Positions 32,193 through 44,633 of a DNA stretch of 64,000 bases are shown piece after piece. Numbering within the stretch: the first letter of the stretch is position 1; the number at the start of each line of letters is the position of its first letter. The translations under genes were made by a program, and so were the position numbers. This stretch comes from an uncultured Planctomycetaceae bacterium. Its GTDB lineage: Bacteria > Planctomycetota > Planctomycetia > Pirellulales > PALSA-1355. Location of the stretch: assembly GCA_963785305.1 (NCBI GenBank), contig CAWAUV010000004.1, positions 512,001 to 576,000 on the forward strand. Direction: 5' to 3'. Under the pieces are notes generated by a model that had not been told where the DNA came from, searched no databases, and was given only the letters and a program-made list of their open reading frames with translations.

Positions 32193-35100
32193 ATGTTCCG
32201 ACAGGGATGTCTGAGCAGTTCGTGCCCCGCGGCCAATGCATCGAGCAGTTTCCAGCGGGCATGGATTGCCCGCTGGGAAATCCTCATCTGCTTGTTGCTT
32301 GCCTGGGCTCAAGCGGCGCCATCGCACGGCGCGGATCTGGCGATGCGCTTACGCGTCGCGTGGGGGGGCGGCGCGGACCGACAATGGCATGGCTCGTTGC
32401 ACGCGGTCGATGGTCAGATCGCCGAGATCGCGGCCCTGGGCGTCGAAGCCGATGAACCCGGTTCGCTATGGCTCGAGGACGGGCGCCTGGTTTTCCATCA
32501 GCGGGCGCCGCGAGCCTACGACGCCGTGGACCTCGCGGTCACGGCCGATATCCATTCGCGGCTCATGGTTAGGCTCTCTCCGGCCGGCGCCGCCGAGGAA
32601 CCCAAACCGATCGAGATTCCGCTGGCCGACCTCGTGGCCGGCTCCTATGCGACTTCGCTCGATGTCGACGGCAACAGGCTCTTGATCACGCGCTCTCCGG
32701 GCGATCGCCTGCGAGTGAAATTCGATCGCGAATCGTTGGTCTTTTCGCCCGGCGATACTTTCGAACTCGAAGCGCAGCCGCACTTGCTGGGACTCACTGG
32801 CGCCGCGGCCACCCGCGTGGTCGGGCAACTGCTGGGCCCGGGTGGAACGCGCGCGCTTGGTCCGACGAACAAGAGGCGACCTCCGGCGAAACTTCCACGC
32901 CCGGCAAGCCCGCCAAATTCACGATCAAGATGCCCGAAGCCGAGGGCGTGTACGATCTACAACTCACGGCCAACACGGTTTGGACGCGGCAACTACCGTT
33001 TAAGAAGCAACTGGCCGAGCGCCGGGTGCAAGTGATCGTGATCGATCAGCGAGCTCCGCCGCGTTCGTCGTCGGCGACCGCTTTGAGTCCGATATCGGAA
33101 ATCGATCCGGTGAATCCCAACTGGTGGGAACGGCTAGCGAGCGTGCCCAACATTCCCGGATTGCATAAGGGCCCGCTCGGCAATGGGGCCGTCGGCCGTT
33201 GGGATCATCCGACGCTGGGACCGTTCATGCGACTCGCGCCCGCCGCGCCCGGCGCCCAGCCCAATTGGGAAGCCTATCCGCTCGCCGCGCAACAGCCTGG
33301 CGCACCGCATGTGGTCGAGGTCGACTATCCGAGCGATGTGGCTCAAACGCTCGGTCTCAGCATTTTGGAGCCCAACGCGGCGGGCGCGGTGGTGCCGATC
33401 GGGCTCGATTCCGGAGTATATGTCTCGAGCTCCGACGGCGAGGCGCCCCAGCGGCTCAAGCATCGGCTGGTGTTTTGGCCGCGCACGCGTTCGCCGCTCT
33501 TGCTGGTGACGAATCGACGACCGGGAAGTGAAGCGGTGTATGGCACGATTCGTCTGCTTGGCCCGGCGGCCGGAAAATTCGGCTACTTGGCGGCGGCCAA
33601 TGTCTCGGCCCGACAGCTTCCGCCGGCGTTTGCCCAGGAGCCGCGCGGCGGTCGTCTGCTCGCGGGGTATTTCGACCGACCCTTGGTGGCGGAGAATTTT
33701 TCGGCGAGCGAATTATTCGATCCCGTGAGCCGCCGGAGTCTCGACGACTGGACCACGTTCTATCAAGCCGGATCGCGGCTCGTGGATTACCTGCGCCATG
33801 TCGGTTACAACGGCCTGATTCTGACCGTGGCGGCCGACTCGAGCGGCCTCGCGCCGAGCAAACTGCTCGAACCGACGCCGCGGCACGATACCGGCGTGTT
33901 CTTCTCCAACGGCCAAGACCCGGTGCGGAAAGATGTCGCCGAGTTGCTATTTCGGCTCTTCGACCGCGAGGGGCTGCGGCTGATTCCCGGAGTGCAGTTC
34001 ACCGGACCGCTGCCCGCTCTCGAAGCGCTGCGCCGCGCGGAGCCCAACACCGTGGGCCTCGAATGGATCGGGCCCGATGGCGTGGCCTGGGTCGATCGAC
34101 GCCGCGGCCGGGCAAGCGGCGCGCCGGTCTACAATCCGCTCGATCCCCGCGTGCAAGACGCGATGGTGGCGGTCGTGGCCGAGTTGGCCGAGCGCTATCG
34201 CGGCCACACATCATTCGCCGGAATCTCGATCGCGCTTTCCGACGAAGGCTACGCGCAACTTCCGAACTCCGATGGCGGCTACGACGACGAAACCATCGCC
34301 CGCTTCACCCGCGACACGCGCGTCGACGCTCCGGGTCAAGGCGAAAATCGTTTCGCCGCCCGGGCCAAGTTTCTCAACGGCGCCGCTCGCGGCTCGTGGT
34401 TCGCTTGGCGCACCAATCAGATCGCGACGCTGCACAAACGCATGCGGCAAGCGCTCGGCCCTGAAACCTCGGGCGCGGTTGTACCTGGCGGCGGCCACCC
34501 TGCTCGATCATCCGCAGGCCCAGCGCAGCTTGCGACCGGCGCTGCCCCGCAGAATGAAGCTCGACGAAGTGTTGCTCGGCCTCGGCATTCGGCCCGAGGC
34601 CTATCGGACCGAAGACGGCATCGTGCTGTTGCGCCCCCAGCGATTGAGCGCGCCGGGCGATCCACTCAATCAGGTCGAACACGAAGTCAACAGCGCGAGC
34701 GACCTGAATCGAGTGCTGGCGGCCACGGCGCATCCGGGCGCACTCTGTTATCACGAACCCGATCGCACACGGCTCGCTTCATTCGACGCGAAAAGCCCGT
34801 TCGGACAGTCGACAACCTTCACGTCGCTCGTGTCGGAATTATCTCCCTCGGGAGGAGAAAATCGGCGGCGGTTCGTGCATGCCATCGCCGCGCTCGACGC
34901 CGAATCCATTTTCGACGGGGGGTGGCTGCTGCCGCTGGGGCAAGAAGCGTCGCTGGCCGAGGTGGTGAATGTGTACCGGCGCCTGCCCGCGGCTCGATTC
35001 GAGACGCTCGACGAACCAAGCCAGCCGGTGACGATTCGCTACCTGGCCCAAGACAAAGAGACGATCGTGTATTTCGCGAACGACTCGGCCTGGCCGGTCG

Positions 35101-36088
35101 ATGTGGCGCTCGAGCTGGGAGACGCCGCGAATGTGCGGTTGGAGGCCCTTGGCGGCGCCGCGGGATCGCTCACGCATGTCGAGGGCGCGGTTGCCTGGAC
35201 GCTCTCGGTTCCAGCCTACGGTCTCGTGGCCGGACGCCTCGTGGGACGCGCGGCGCGACCGAGAAATGTGAAGATCGGCTTGCCCGACCGAGCGACGGCC
35301 GCGTTCGAGGCTCGGATCAAGGACCTGAGCGCTCGGGCGGCGTCGCTCTCCTCGCCAGCCCCGTTGGCCGTGCTCGACAATCCGGGATTCGAACTGGGCG
35401 ACAAGGAATCACTGCCCGGCTGGACGCTCAAGGGCGGCGTCGGCGCGGCGATCCGCCTCGACGCCGCGAAACCCCATGGCGGCGAGCGATCACTCGTGTT
35501 CGAGAGCGGAGCGACGCCGTCGCAGCTTCGCGGCAATGTGTTCGCGGCCCCCACGACCGGCCGCATGAGTGTCTTGCTTTGGCTCAAAACGCCCGACGCC
35601 CAGAATCAGCCCGCGGTGCGATTGGCGATCGAAGCCAAGGCCGACGATATCGAGTACCTGCGCTATGCGACGCTGGGCGTCGGCTCGACGAAGCTCACCG
35701 AGGAATGGGCGCAATATATATTTCAGATCGACGACTTACCCACCGCGCGCGTGACCGAGTTGCGAGTGCGCATCGATTTGCTGAGCGCGGGCCGCGTCGA
35801 GATCGATGATCTTCAGCTTTATGATTTAGCTTTTGCCGAAAGCGAGCGGCTCGAGCTCAACAAGCTGATCACGCTCGCCAGCTATAAACTTCAATCGCAT
35901 GAAGTATGCGACTCGCGCAGATTCTCGATGGCTACTGGCCGCAATTTCTCATGACGCACGTGGCCCCGCATGCCCGGCCGCAATTAGCGCCGCAAACCGC
36001 GAGTGGCCCGGCGGCGCAACGCGAGGCAAAGAAGCCGGGCAGGCTCGATCAAATCAAAGGCTACCTGCCCCGCTGGCCGAATTTTTGA
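32193..36088 (+). CDS. Large secreted glycoside hydrolase-like (GHL10/DUF187-type TIM barrel) protein with C-terminal CBM-like domain; frameshifts near 32870, 34470 and 35915; start uncertain
   Basis: LRVAWGGG; YLRHVGYNGLILTV; KDVAELLFRLFDREGLRLIP; YNPLDPRVQDAM...ELAERYRGHTSFAGI; LDNPGFE...LPGW. Confidence 0.65.
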
Positions 36089-36129
36089 CCGTGGTTGTGG
36101 ACCGTGATTGTTGACCGTCGACGTCGCGT

Positions 36130-36912
36130 TTAATCGGGCATTTTGCCGGCGGCGAGCTCCGTGTCCCATTCGTCCATCAGCGGCCAATCCACGGCGCAGG
36201 TGCCGAAATCGGCCATGTGCAGATAGCCCTCCACCCGGCGGATCGTGGCGTCGAGCATCGCGTCGTCCTTGCGAAAGATCGGGCCGTGGCTCGGCAATAG
36301 CCAGCGGACATCGCTCGCTCGAATGCGCTTGAGCGATTGCAAAAAGGCTTGAATGTCGCTGCCGTGATGGGCGTCGATGGCGCCAACGCAGCCGTCGCGA
36401 TAGATATTGTCGCCGCTGAACAGCAGGTCGCCCAAGCGAAACGACAACTGGCTGTCGGTGTGTCCGGGCGTGTGCCAGACTTCGAGATTCAGCTTGCCGA
36501 TTTGGATTCGCGAGCCTTCTTCCAGAAACAGATCGAGCTTCACCGGCGGCATCGGCATGCGGATGTTTTGCGCGTCGATCTCGGCGAAGGTCTTGATCGG
36601 GTCGCCCTGGGCCAGGGGCTCGGCGGCCAGCGGATGCCCGGCGACGCGAGCCTTGAGCAGTCCGCTGAGCTTGGCCATGCCTTGGATATGATCCACGTCG
36701 GCATGGGTGGCGATCAACATTCGGCAATGCGACAGCGGAAAGTCCATTTGCCGAATCAATTCCACGATCGGCTCGACCACATCCTCGAAACCGATATCGA
36801 TCAGCACCCAGTCGTTGCCATCGAACACAAGGTAGACATTGCAGCCCATTCGCTCGCCGGCCTGGTAATTCATCTCGATCACATGCGGAAACACCGGCTT
36901 GCGAACAATCAT
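36130..36912 (-). CDS. Metallo-beta-lactamase fold hydrolase
   Basis: [32 protein letters not shown]. Confidence 0.88.
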   Translation of the reverse strand: MIVRKPVFPHVIEMNYQAGERMGCNVYLVFDGNDWVLIDIGFEDVVEPIVELIRQMDFPLSHCRMLIATHADVDHIQGMAKLSGLLKARVAGHPLAAEPLAQGDPIKTFAEIDAQNIRMPMPPVKLDLFLEEGSRIQIGKLNLEVWHTPGHTDSQLSFRLGDLLFSGDNIYRDGCVGAIDAHHGSDIQAFLQSLKRIRASDVRWLLPSHGPIFRKDDAMLDATIRRVEGYLHMADFGTCAVDWPLMDEWDTELAAGKMPD

Positions 36913-37540
36913 TGTTGATCCTTCCAGGGAAACTTCGCGGCCGACCTTGGCAGGGAACCAAAAGCTGAATAGCCAAGCGAGCGCCACGGCGAGAAGTCAG
37001 GCCACGGTGTCCGGCATTTTATGAAGCCGCGTCGGAAGCGACAAGCGACCACGCAACCGGGGGGATCGCGGGTTCTGGAAGCGGTGAAAATTGCGGCAAA
37101 AACGCGTTGGAACATGGTTCCCGAGGGCGCGGCCGGTCGATGTTAGGAATAGCCGCCAATATTTCAATGACCGAAATTGGGGAAAAAAGGGGACGGGCCG
37201 GGGTGACAAATTGTCGGTTTCCGGGAATAATTTTCACTACTAACCCCGTGGGGGTATATGCTCGCGCGCAAAATCCTGTAAACTTTCTTTGCTGCCTAAT
37301 AGAGTTATCGAGGACAACCGCCGCGCAACGCGTGGGTCCCCGCGAATGCCAGCCGCTCGGATCGCGACTCCGGGGCGACGCGTTCGTGGCCGGCGCCAGA
37401 TTGCGGTCGCTGCGGCTTCCTCGCATTTTTCACATCATCCGCTCATCATTTGGCAGCTTTCCATCGTTAGGGTATTGCGCTTCTTGGGCGAGGGGCTTCT
37501 TGGGCGAGGGAATGTCAACCAGCGATTGGAATTCTTGGCT

Positions 37541-38260
37541 ATGGAACTAAAACTCCGCGTGGAATCCGGCAAAAACGCCGGTCAAGAAATCAAGATATCA
37601 TCGCCCCAATTCATTATTGGCCGCGGCGATGGCTGCCATCTGAAAGCCGGCAGCGACATGATCAGCCGCCAACATTGCATGTTGCTGGTCGCCGACAGCT
37701 ACGCCGCCGTGCGAGACCTCGGCAGTAAAAACGGCACCATGCTCAATGGCGAGGTGATCCACAACAGCGAATCGCCGCTCAAGTCGGGCGACACGCTGCG
37801 AATCGGCCCGCTCGAATTCCGCGTGGTTCTCAACGCTGGTCTGACGGGCAAGAAGCTGCCGGCGGTGCAAAATGTGCGCGAAGCGGTTGCTCGCTCGAGT
37901 CAAGGCATATCGAATTCGGCCGACGATATCGCGAGTTGGCTGATGGACGGTCCGGCCTTGCCCACGAAGGCCGCCGCGACCGACACCCAACAAATGCGGC
38001 TGAGCGACACCGAAGAGATCGACCTGAAGGGCGGCGAGGCGGCTTCGAGCAAGACCACCGTGATTCATATTCCCGCGCTGCAGGTGGGCGATGCATCGGC
38101 GCCGGGAATCGACCAGTCGCCCTCTGGCGTCAAACGCGACATCGTCGGTGGGCCGAAAAAGCTGCCGTCGAAGCTGCCTCCTGCCGGCGCTCCCTCGGCG
38201 GCGAACACTCGGCAAGCCGCGGCCGATATGATCGATCGGTTGCGCAAACGCAAAAGCTGA
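37541..38260 (+). CDS. FHA domain protein
   Basis: FIIGRGDGC...ISRQHC...RDLGSKNGTMLNG...LKSGDTLRIGP, followed by a low-complexity tail. Confidence 0.88.
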   Translation: MELKLRVESGKNAGQEIKISSPQFIIGRGDGCHLKAGSDMISRQHCMLLVADSYAAVRDLGSKNGTMLNGEVIHNSESPLKSGDTLRIGPLEFRVVLNAGLTGKKLPAVQNVREAVARSSQGISNSADDIASWLMDGPALPTKAAATDTQQMRLSDTEEIDLKGGEAASSKTTVIHIPALQVGDASAPGIDQSPSGVKRDIVGGPKKLPSKLPPAGAPSAANTRQAAADMIDRLRKRKS

Positions 38261-38503
38261 TCGCCGCTCTTCGGCGGGCCGGCGCGCGTCCGAAGCGGGG
38301 CTTGAATTCCCGCTTGGCAAAGGGCGCCGATAATCGCGATGCTCGCGGCCAGGGCATTTTCCTTGGGCATCCTGCCCGTCGGGCGGCCAAGGGCGCGATT
38401 TTGTTTTCGCCCCCGCTCTCGATCCTCGCTCGGGCACCGCTTACAATTTAGCGACGACATTCGATGCGTTGTCGTATTTTTCCCCGCGAACAGAGGCGAA
38501 CCC

Positions 38504-38704
38504 ATGTCCACCGACGAAGAAGTCCTGAAGCGACGCTATCGCGAGTTCTTGGAATTGATGCCGCTCACGATTTCGATCGCCGGTTTGCCGCTCAGTCAGC
38601 CGCCCCATAATTTCAATACCGAGCAAATGGAACTCCGCGCGAGGACACTCGAGTCGGCTTATAAGCTTGCTCGCCAACTTGCTCGCCAGTCGATCGCGGG
38701 CTGA
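38504..38704 (+). CDS. Small hypothetical protein
   Basis: ATG after GAGG; MSTDEEVLKRRYREFLELMPLTISIAGLP...; protein-like composition. Confidence 0.65.
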   Translation: MSTDEEVLKRRYREFLELMPLTISIAGLPLSQPPHNFNTEQMELRARTLESAYKLARQLARQSIAG

Positions 38705-38804
38705 GCGGCTCGATTCGGGGGGAATGGAATCCTTTGGCCCCGCGAGTAGAATCGATGATGCGGCCGCCGCTTGGCTCGACTCCGGAGTTTTGGAGAATAT
38801 TTTT

Positions 38805-39062
38805 GTGAAACGCGCCAAAGCTTCACCCAAGACGGAAGTCAAAGCATCGCTCCTCGGACTGGCGTTTGACGCCGACGACGGGCACAAGCGCCTCACGCGG
38901 GGCAAGAATTTCACGCTCCTCGGCGGATCGGAAGAAACCCACGCCGTGATGCGGGAAACGGCCATCAAGGTCAACGAACATCTGGACCACCGCGGCCAGC
39001 GGCTCGAGGATATCTCACCGCGCGAGCTCCGCGACATTATTCGCGAGCAAATGAAGCAGTAA
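38805..39062 (+). CDS. Small hypothetical protein
   Basis: GTG after GGAG; LLGLAFDADDGHKRLTRGKNFTLLGGSEETHAVMRETAIKVNEHL. Confidence 0.7.
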   Translation: MKRAKASPKTEVKASLLGLAFDADDGHKRLTRGKNFTLLGGSEETHAVMRETAIKVNEHLDHRGQRLEDISPRELRDIIREQMKQ

Positions 39063-39256
39063 GCTGCCCGCCGGCTCGGCTTCGCGGCCCGCGTCGCCGC
39101 GAGATCGCCCCCCTGTTCGCGGGCGCCGCCGCCGATTTACAATACGGCGGCTTTCCGGCGTGAAACTTTGGAGCGGCCCGCGAGGTATTGCTCCATGGAG
39201 AGGAAGGATCGTCGACGCTGGGAAGCGATCCCTTTTCATGGAGAGCCACCGGCGTG

Positions 39257-39820
39257 ATGGACGATATCCGGAATCTCGTGACTCGCTGTCTGGCCGGCGA
39301 GCAGGTCGCCATGCGAGAATTGGTCGAGCTCCACGGCGGAGCGGTCTTCGGCCTTTGCTTTCGCATGCTCGGCAATCGCCACGACGCCGAGGATGTGACC
39401 CAGGAAACATTCTGCCGCGCGCTTGGCAGTCTGGCGAATTGGGACGCCAGCCGGGAGTTTAGTCCGTGGCTGCTCGCCATTGCCGGAAATCGCTGCCGCA
39501 CTTGGCTGGCGGCGCGGTCGAAGCGCCCGGTGGCGCGAGACTGGCTCGACGGAAACGATCCGCTGGTCGATCCGCGCGGCGCCGCCCGCGAGTTTGCCGA
39601 GGAACTGGAATCGGCTCTCGAAGGTTTACGGCCCGAGTATCGGCGGGCATTTGAACTCTTTCACGAAGGCGGACACAGCTATCAAGAAATCGCCGCCGCG
39701 CTCGATTGTCCATTGGGCACCGTCAAGACCTGGGTGCATCGGGCGCGACGCGAGCTGGCGGAACGATTGACCGATTTCGGAGCGATGGAATCCCATGCGC
39801 AATCCTTGCGAAAAGTTTGA
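39257..39820 (+). CDS. ECF RNA polymerase sigma-70 factor
   Basis: DAEDVTQETF, FSPWLLAIAGNRCR, SYQEIAAALDCPLGTVKTWVHRAR. Confidence 0.9.
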   Translation: MDDIRNLVTRCLAGEQVAMRELVELHGGAVFGLCFRMLGNRHDAEDVTQETFCRALGSLANWDASREFSPWLLAIAGNRCRTWLAARSKRPVARDWLDGNDPLVDPRGAAREFAEELESALEGLRPEYRRAFELFHEGGHSYQEIAAALDCPLGTVKTWVHRARRELAERLTDFGAMESHAQSLRKV

Positions 39821-40604
39821 TCACCGCCTCCAGCGACTGCTCGATCTCGGGCGCGAGCCCCAGGGCGACGCGCGTTTGACGCGGCACGCGCGCTCGTGCG
39901 ATGCTTGCCGGCGATCGCTCGCCGGGCATCAGTTGCTTGTCGATGCGCTGGAGGTGCGCTGCGCGGTTCGAGCAGAGGCGATCGCTCCGGAGTTTAGCCG
40001 CCGGCTGAGCGCCGAGGTGAGCCAATCGTGGCCCAAACCTTCCGCCGTCGCGTCGAGCGGGGCCGAGAGATCGGTCGCGATGCGCGTGGTGCGATCGAAT
40101 CGCTGGGCGGTCGTGGCCGCGCTGGCGGCGGCGCTGGTGCTCATGGTCTGGGGAGCGCGGCGTCGCCCAGTCGACATTGAAGTCAAAACGCGGCAGGCAG
40201 CGCCGACGATTGTGTTGCGCGAAGCGAGCGTGCCTGGGCCGGCGATCGGGGATCGTGTGCCCGGCCCTGCAATTCCCGAGCTCGGCTCCGCCCAAATGGC
40301 GATCGCTCGGCGCGCGAGCGATCGGCTGACGAGTAATCGGCGGGCCGGAAACGACGCCATCGAAGCGGGCACACGCCGCCAAGTGCAGCGACTGGCCGCC
40401 GAAACCGGCGGGCAACTGGCCGCCGCCGCGCGGCGATTGGCCGGTATCGACGAGGCGCACGCCAGTCTCGAAGCGCGCGAAGCGCCGGCATCGGTCCGCG
40501 GGGCCGACGCCAATTCGGTCAAGTCGTGGACCGATTCCATGTCGGCCGTGCTCGAACTGTGGTTCGAGACACTCCCGGCCCGGGACCAAGGCTCGCGAAG
40601 CTGA
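39795..40604 (+). CDS. Putative zinc-binding membrane anti-sigma factor
   Basis: Overlaps the sigma gene 3' end; HARSCDAC (HxxxCxxC ZAS motif); TM helix WAVVAALAAALVLMVWG. Confidence 0.7.
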   Translation: MRNPCEKFDHRLQRLLDLGREPQGDARLTRHARSCDACRRSLAGHQLLVDALEVRCAVRAEAIAPEFSRRLSAEVSQSWPKPSAVASSGAERSVAMRVVRSNRWAVVAALAAALVLMVWGARRRPVDIEVKTRQAAPTIVLREASVPGPAIGDRVPGPAIPELGSAQMAIARRASDRLTSNRRAGNDAIEAGTRRQVQRLAAETGGQLAAAARRLAGIDEAHASLEAREAPASVRGADANSVKSWTDSMSAVLELWFETLPARDQGSRS

Positions 40605-40630
40605 GCGCCGCCCAGGGGTTGAAATCGCTT

Positions 40631-41787
40631 TCAGCCGCAGCGGCGCAAGGCGGCGCGGCGAAAGGCGACCAAGTGATCGTCGACCATGCGCTCGAGCGTA
40701 AACAGTCGCGCGGCGCGTTCATAGCCGCGCTCGGCGAGCCGCTTGCGTTCGTCTGGCGAATCGAGCGCTTGCTCGATCGCGTCGGCGATCGAATCGGGAT
40801 CGCCCGGCTCCGCCATCCACGCCACGGGACCAAGCGGCTCGTTGAGCCCCACCACTTCCACGAGGCCGCCGGCGGTGGTCGAAACCAGCGGCAGCTTGGC
40901 ATGGAGCGCTTCGATGGCCGCGGTGCAAAGCCCCTCGAAAAACGACGACATGATCAAGAGATCGGCCGCGGCCATGAGATTCGGCACATCGCCGCGCTGC
41001 CCAAGAAAACGCACCTTTCCGCTGAGTCCGCGCTGCGCGGCCTCGGCTTCGAGCGATTCGCGCAGACCGCCTTTGCCGGCGCAGAGCCAGACGATCCGCG
41101 GATGCGTTTTGACGAGCCGCTGCATGGCGGCCAACATCACCGAGTGGCCCTTCTCGGCCGAGAGCGCGGCCACCGAGAGCAGCACGATTTGGTCGGGCTC
41201 GAGACCTAGCGCCTCGCGACACGCGCCGCGCGAAGCGTTCGGCTGCTCGGCTTCGACGCCATCGTAAACCACATCGAGTTGGTCGGGCGGCACTCCGCCG
41301 GCGCGGGCCACGTCGGCCGCAATGCCGGAGCTCGCCACCACCAAGTCGCAGAGCGCGCGATACTGCCAGGAGTTTCGCATCGGAAACGCCACGCGCCGCG
41401 CCGCCACGCGCGCCGCGATATCAAGCCCCAAACCGGCGATTCCCAGACTGGTGAGCGAGTGCGAGTCGTTGAAATAAAGCACGTCGGGCCGATCGCGCTT
41501 GAGTCGGTTTCGGAGCTCGACCAGCGAACGCATGCCGAGCCCGCGGCCCGAAAAACCAAAGACGTCGAATCCATCGGTGGCCATGCGCTCGACGAAGGGA
41601 GCGCCGCCACGTCCATAAGCGAACACCCGATGGCCGGCGGCGCGAAACCCGCGGGCCAGCGCCACAATTGCACTTCGCCGCCGCGAAACTCCCGCTGGGT
41701 CGAGGCGAGCACAATCGTGAGCGGCTCGCCGGGCGAGTGAGTCCAGCGCGGCGGCAAATGCGACCGTGTCCAGGGCAGTGGCGACAT
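40631..41787 (-). CDS. Glycosyltransferase family 4; frameshift near 41670
   Basis: N-terminus STQREFRGGEVQ in ORF 41206-41787, remainder in ORF 40631-42151: EKGH, FLGQRGDVPNLMAAAD, SFFEGLCTAAIEA. Confidence 0.85.
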
Positions 41788-42098
41788 GTGGCGTGCTCGG
41801 GCAAGGCGTGACGAAAGACGAAACCAGGATTGCGGGATCGAGGGCCCATCGAATCGGGGACCCGTCGAAATGATTCGAGTCGAAATCCGTTCGAGTCGCA
41901 GCCGTTCGGCAGGCTGCTAGATCGTCCAAAATACGGCCGGCTGGGCAATAGCAGTTTTTTGCGAATCTCCCCTCGTTTTCCGCCCTCGCCTCGTTCATTT
42001 TTCGCCGACGCGGGAGCTGGCGTTCTCGCTTTTTCCCTGGGGCGTTATACTCCGCCCGCTCAATTCGGGGGAAAGTTGTCTGGCCGGGGACATTGTTT

Positions 42099-43153
42099 AT
42101 GAGCGTGGTCGTATTTCTGCCGAACTGGATTGGCGATGTGACGATGGCCACGCCCGCGCTCCGCGCGCTGCGCGCTCGCTATGCGAACACGAAATTGATT
42201 GGTGTGATGCGGCCCTATGTGGCCGAAGTGCTGGCCGGCCTGCCGTGGCTGGATGAGCGAATTCTCTACCATCCGCGGGGCAAAGACCCCGCGATGCGAT
42301 CGCTTGCCGTGGTCCGGGAGCTGCGAGCGCGGAAGCCGGAGCTGGCGGTGCTGCTGCCCAATTCGCTGCGCGCGGCGGCCATGGCCTGGGCCAGTGGCGC
42401 CAAGCGGCGAGTCGGCTTTGCTCGCTATGGCCGCGGACCGCTGCTCACGCACAAGCTGTATCATCCGCGCGTGGGACGCCATTATCTACCCACGCCGGCG
42501 ATCGACTGTTATTTGCAGGTGGCCTACGCCGCGGGATGTGATTGGGAACCGCCCCGTCTCGAACTCGCGACCCTGGCCGAAGACGAGCGCGGGGCCGACG
42601 CGGCGTGGCAGACGCTTGGCTTGCCCGCCGGCGAGCGAGTCGTGACACTCAACTCGGGCGGCAGCGTTCGGCGCCGCCAAACAGTGGCCGGCCGAACATT
42701 TCGCCGCGCTCGCTCGGCGCTCGGCGCGGGACGATGGCTTTGCCGTGCTCGTCAATTGCGGGCCGGCCGAGCGCGAAATCGCGCGGCGCATTGTCGCCCT
42801 GGCCGATCATCCACGCGTGGTCGGTTTGGCCGACTTCGAGGCGCCGATCGGGCTCACGAAAGCGTGCATCCGTCGCAGTCGGTTGCTGGTCACGACCGAT
42901 AGCGGGCCGCGATTCTTCGCCGTGGCTTTCGAGACGCCGGTGGTTTCACTCTTTGGGCCGGTGCATCCCGACTGGAGCCGCACCCATTGGGCCCATGAAG
43001 TCTGCCTCGCGGAGAACGTGCCTTGCGGCCCGTGCATGCGGCGAACGTGTCCTCTGGGGCATCACCGCTGCATGCGAGAGCTAAGCGTCGATCGCGTGCA
43101 TGGCGCCGTGCGCCACTTGCTCTCGGCGACGCTCACTGGCGCAAGCCGCTTGA
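42099..43153 (+). CDS. waaF: Lipopolysaccharide heptosyltransferase II (GT9); frameshift near 42665, 3' end uncertain
   Basis: PNWIGDVTMATPAL; LLPNSLRAA; AKQWPAEHFA in shifted frame; LVTTDSGPRFFAVAF; CGPCMRRTCPLGHHRCM. Confidence 0.8.
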
Positions 43154-43319
43154 GACACGCCACGTCGCGTCGTCGCCCGGGCGGCGAGCGGAGCGGGCAG
43201 CAGCTCCGCTCGAACCGCCGAGCAACGACGCGTGGGCGGTCAAACTCTCGAGTGAGCGCAGCGGGTTCCTGGCTCGCCGTCGGGGCGATTTCGGCGACGC
43301 ATCAGCTTTCGTCGGCGCA

Positions 43320-43771
43320 TCATCCGTGGATGTAGTTTCTCAGAAAGTGAACTTCCGTGGCCAACTGCGCATGCTGGGCCTTCACCACATCGCCGATCGA
43401 CACAATGCCGACCAGTTGCCCGTCGAGCACGATCGGAAGATGCCGCATCCGCCGCTCGGTCATGAGTCCCATCGTGTCTTCGACCGAATCGGCCGGATGC
43501 CCGGTGACCACATGACTGCTCATGGCTTCTGCCACGCGCACCTGGTCGATCTTGCCGCCGTGGCGGGCACAGGCTCGCACAATGTCGCGTTCGGTGATGA
43601 TGCCCAAGAGGCCGCTGGCGTCGCGCGAGGCGAGCGTCTGGCTGCCCGCGCACACGACAGCGCCCCGCAACCGTGAAGCACGAGCCGCTCGACGACTTGA
43701 GCCAGGGTGGCGTGGGGCTCGATCCCGTAGACCGCGTTGCCTTTCGCATGCAGGATTTCTTGCAGTGTCAT
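43320..43771 (-). CDS. CBS domain pair protein; frameshift near 43640
   Basis: MTLQEILHAKG...GCGAL, then LLGIITERDI...MTERRMRHLPIV...VGIVSIGDVVKA. Confidence 0.85.
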
Positions 43772-44216
43772 GGCGCCGACCTCCATTTTGGGGGAATTGG
43801 GGAATTGTGGCGACCATTCGGGGGAGGCATCTGGCCGCGAGCGCGACCTGCCGGGTGGCATATGCCTTTAACATATGACAAACGGCCTCTGGTCGTAAAG
43901 CAAAAAATCGTTGGGAATACCTCACTTTGCGGGTATTTCAGGCTTCCAGACGCAAACCACCGCTGGCTCGAAAGCCCGTTCGAGCGAATCTCCCGCATTC
44001 GTGGGTTTGTTGGCGGTCGAGCAGCCAATGTTTTTTCAGAAAACTTAATCCTAAAGATTCTCGGAAATGCAAGGACCCGGCGCCGCCCCTGGCGACAAAG
44101 CGATTGAGCGGCCCATTTAAGCCCTTTGACAGCCCCTTTGGCGGTATTTAGAATAGTGATTCTGTGGCGTTTTGCCGGTAAACAGGTCGGTGGAAAATTC
44201 TGCACGAGATTTTGAT

Positions 44217-44586
44217 ATGAAGAAGGCTGAACTGAAGGTGTACAAAAACCTGCTCCTGTCGCTTCGCGCGGCTTCGCGGGGATGTAAACGCCATGGCCGA
44301 CGCCGCGCTCAAGAAAACGCGGTCGGAGACCAATGGCGACCTGTCGAGCATGCCGATTCACATGGCCGACATCGGCAGCGACAATTATGAGCAGGAATTC
44401 ACCCTCAGCCTGATGCAAAACGAGGAAGACACCCTCGAGACCATCGAACTGGCCTTGGAACGGATCGAGGACGGCGTGTATGGTCTGTGCGAGGAGTGCG
44501 ATGGCGTGATCAGCAAGACCCGTCTCAACGCGATTCCCTACGCCGCGCTCTGCATTCGCTGCGCTCAAAAGCTGGAGCGAAGCTAA
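44217..44586 (+). CDS. dksA: TraR/DksA family C4-type zinc finger protein; frameshift near 44270
   Basis: MKKAELKVYKNLLLSLRA..., then PIHMADIGSDNYEQE, ALERIEDGVYGLCEEC...RLNAIPYAALCIRCA. Confidence 0.8.
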
Positions 44587-44633
44587 CTTACGGATTCGCC
44601 CGCTCGCAACGCTCTGATGGATCGAGACCTTGC

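Noticed and set aside
11054..40604. Three ECF sigma/anti-sigma pairs and a PEP-CTERM/DUF1559 pair as a novelty in themselves
   Set aside because: These families are known to be greatly expanded in Planctomycetota, so the density is ordinary.
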